Shown here: positions 63,072 to 64,000 of the stretch, one piece after another
How the letters are laid out: every line of letters starts with the position of its first letter
Position numbering within the stretch: position 1 is the stretch's first letter
NCBI GenBank assembly: GCA_035541755.1
Contig: DATKMQ010000063.1
Span: 13,364-77,363, forward strand
Direction: 5' to 3'
DNA length: 64,000 nucleotides
Source: Syntrophorhabdaceae bacterium
GTDB taxonomy: Bacteria > Desulfobacterota > Syntrophorhabdia > Syntrophorhabdales > Syntrophorhabdaceae
Program-made: the position numbers and the translations under genes
The notes under the pieces: model-generated
Databases searched by the model: none
What the model was told of the DNA's origin: nothing
The model's input: only the letters and a program-made list of their open reading frames with translations

Positions 63072-63440
63072 GTGAAGTGGATCTTCGTCATCGTCATTCT
63101 CGGTATCTTTCTTGTGCTCGGTGTGTTCTTGACCACTGTCGACGCGCAGCGTCACGCCGGATTTGACGGGAGAGGCCACTTCCACGGAGGCCACTTCGGG
63201 GGGCCGCACGGCTTCGGGTTCTTCTACTACGATCCCTACTGGTATTACCCGTATTATTATCCTTACGACTATTACTATTATTACGGAGACCCGTACGTTG
63301 ATAGCCTGCCCCCGCCGGTGTATATCGAACCGGAAGAGCCTTCTTACTGGTACTTCTGTTTGAACCCCGAGGGTTATTATCCGTACGTGACGAGTTGCCC
63401 GGGCGGATGGATGAGGGTGCTTCCGACCCCGCCACCTTAA
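63072..63440 (+). CDS. Secreted Tyr/Pro/Gly-rich protein with C-terminal 'YWYFC..PEGYYPYV..CPGGW' motif
   Basis: Signal peptide 'MKWIFVIVILGIFLVLGVFLTTVDA', a low-complexity 'YYDPYWYYPYYYPYDYYYYYGDPY' and a two-Cys C-terminal motif. GTG start. Confidence 0.6.
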   Translation: MKWIFVIVILGIFLVLGVFLTTVDAQRHAGFDGRGHFHGGHFGGPHGFGFFYYDPYWYYPYYYPYDYYYYYGDPYVDSLPPPVYIEPEEPSYWYFCLNPEGYYPYVTSCPGGWMRVLPTPPP

Positions 63441-63465
63441 AAACGACAAGGGAGGGTATTATAAA

Positions 63466-64000
63466 ATGAAATGGCGTCAGAGTCTCTTATTGTTGTCCAT
63501 CCTTGTTCTTCTCACCGGTTGCGCTACAGTGCCCACGGGCCCAACCGTCATGGTGGTGCCGGGTAGAGACAAGCCCTTCGAGGTGTTCATGACCGATGAC
63601 ACCGCCTGCAGACAATGGGCGAGTGGCCAGATCGGGGGGGTCTCGCCAAGTCAGAGGGCCAATCAGAATCTCGCTACCGGGGCCGCGGTCGGGACTGCCG
63701 TGGGTGCCGGTTTGGGTGCAGCCATGGGATCCGCTTCGGGCCATGCCGGTGGCGGTGCAGCCGTGGGTGCCGGGATCGGTCTTCTCGGTGGCACGGCCAT
63801 GGGGAGCAATGCTGCCTACATTACCGAGTCACAGCTTCAAAGACGGTATAACATAGCCTACGCACAATGCATGTACGCCAAGGGCAACGAGATTCCCGGT
63901 GTGATTCGCCGTCCGGCTGAGCTCTACGCGCCCCCTCCACCTGAGAGGGCGTCAGGTCCGTGGGTCACAGTGCCGGGTCAATATGTAGACGGTGCGTGGG
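63466..64000 (+). CDS. Glycine-zipper lipoprotein (3' end beyond window)
   Basis: Not in the ORF track because there is no stop before the window edge. ATG 63466 has a GGGAGGG SD, lipobox 'LLTGC' and a Gly-zipper 'GAAVGTAVGAGLGAAMGSASGHAGGGAAVGAGIGLLGG'. The frame stays open to 64000. Confidence 0.72.
   Translation, partial: MKWRQSLLLLSILVLLTGCATVPTGPTVMVVPGRDKPFEVFMTDDTACRQWASGQIGGVSPSQRANQNLATGAAVGTAVGAGLGAAMGSASGHAGGGAAVGAGIGLLGGTAMGSNAAYITESQLQRRYNIAYAQCMYAKGNEIPGVIRRPAELYAPPPPERASGPWVTVPGQYVDGAW

Noticed and set aside
63190-63310. TAC/TAT-rich low-complexity DNA.
   Set aside because: It is the coding sequence of the Tyr-rich tract of the 63072 ORF, not an independent microsatellite, and no exact repeat unit is present.
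1-64000. rRNA, tRNA, tmRNA, CRISPR arrays, integrases or prophage genes.
   Set aside because: Intergenic regions were read on both strands. No cloverleaf-capable segments, repeat-spacer arrays or phage-like genes were seen. The only mobile DNA is the IS1595-family element.

Overview
Chromosomal window from a diderm bacterium (pal, an LpxC domain and a GT9 heptosyltransferase are present) with an anaerobic or microaerophilic redox lifestyle. All functional calls come from motif recognition by eye on the supplied ORF translations and sequence; no database search was run.

Left part (1-18.2 kb):
- A transporter-less PTS module: EIIA-Man fragment, ptsH, ptsI.
- The activated-methyl cycle: metK, ahcY, a PfkB kinase.
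- A VOC gene frameshifted in a G7 run, a Pif1-type helicase with a WYL-like tail, and ldcA.
- A clean 2138-bp AT-rich IS1595-family insertion with 25-nt inverted repeats and an 8-bp target duplication (AAGATTTC). It carries a DUF3800 passenger gene.
- GT9, an esterase and a DEAD-box helicase.
- A receiver-LpxC fusion gene, with a divergent tiny ORF bearing two FliM-like 'LSQxxIDxL' motifs, followed by ychF.

Middle (18.4-32.9 kb):
- A five-gene, translationally coupled operon joining NuoE/NuoF/NuoG-like (HydABC/Bfu-type) subunits to split nfnA-nfnB.
- An ArsR-family regulator, then a gene-less gap of about 790 bp.
- A FeS/[FeFe]-hydrogenase-like sensor kinase, a stand-alone receiver, a receiver-PAS-kinase and a fused nfnAB gene.

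Right part:
- Quinone-related genes: ubiE, a methyltransferase, cyt b5-like/DUF2231, UbiA.
- A same-strand respiratory block of about 18 kb: Zn-ribbon ORF, qNOR, an unknown 392-aa protein, Zn-ribbon ORF, alternative complex III (actBCDFA order), cbb3 oxidase (ccoN, ccoO-cytochrome c fusion) and ccoS/ccoI-type maturation genes.
- pal, a decayed nicotinamidase pseudogene, an APH/P-loop kinase, a 1928-aa CheB-CheR-PAS-GAF-kinase-receiver protein and two exported proteins.

No rRNA, tRNA or CRISPR array was seen.
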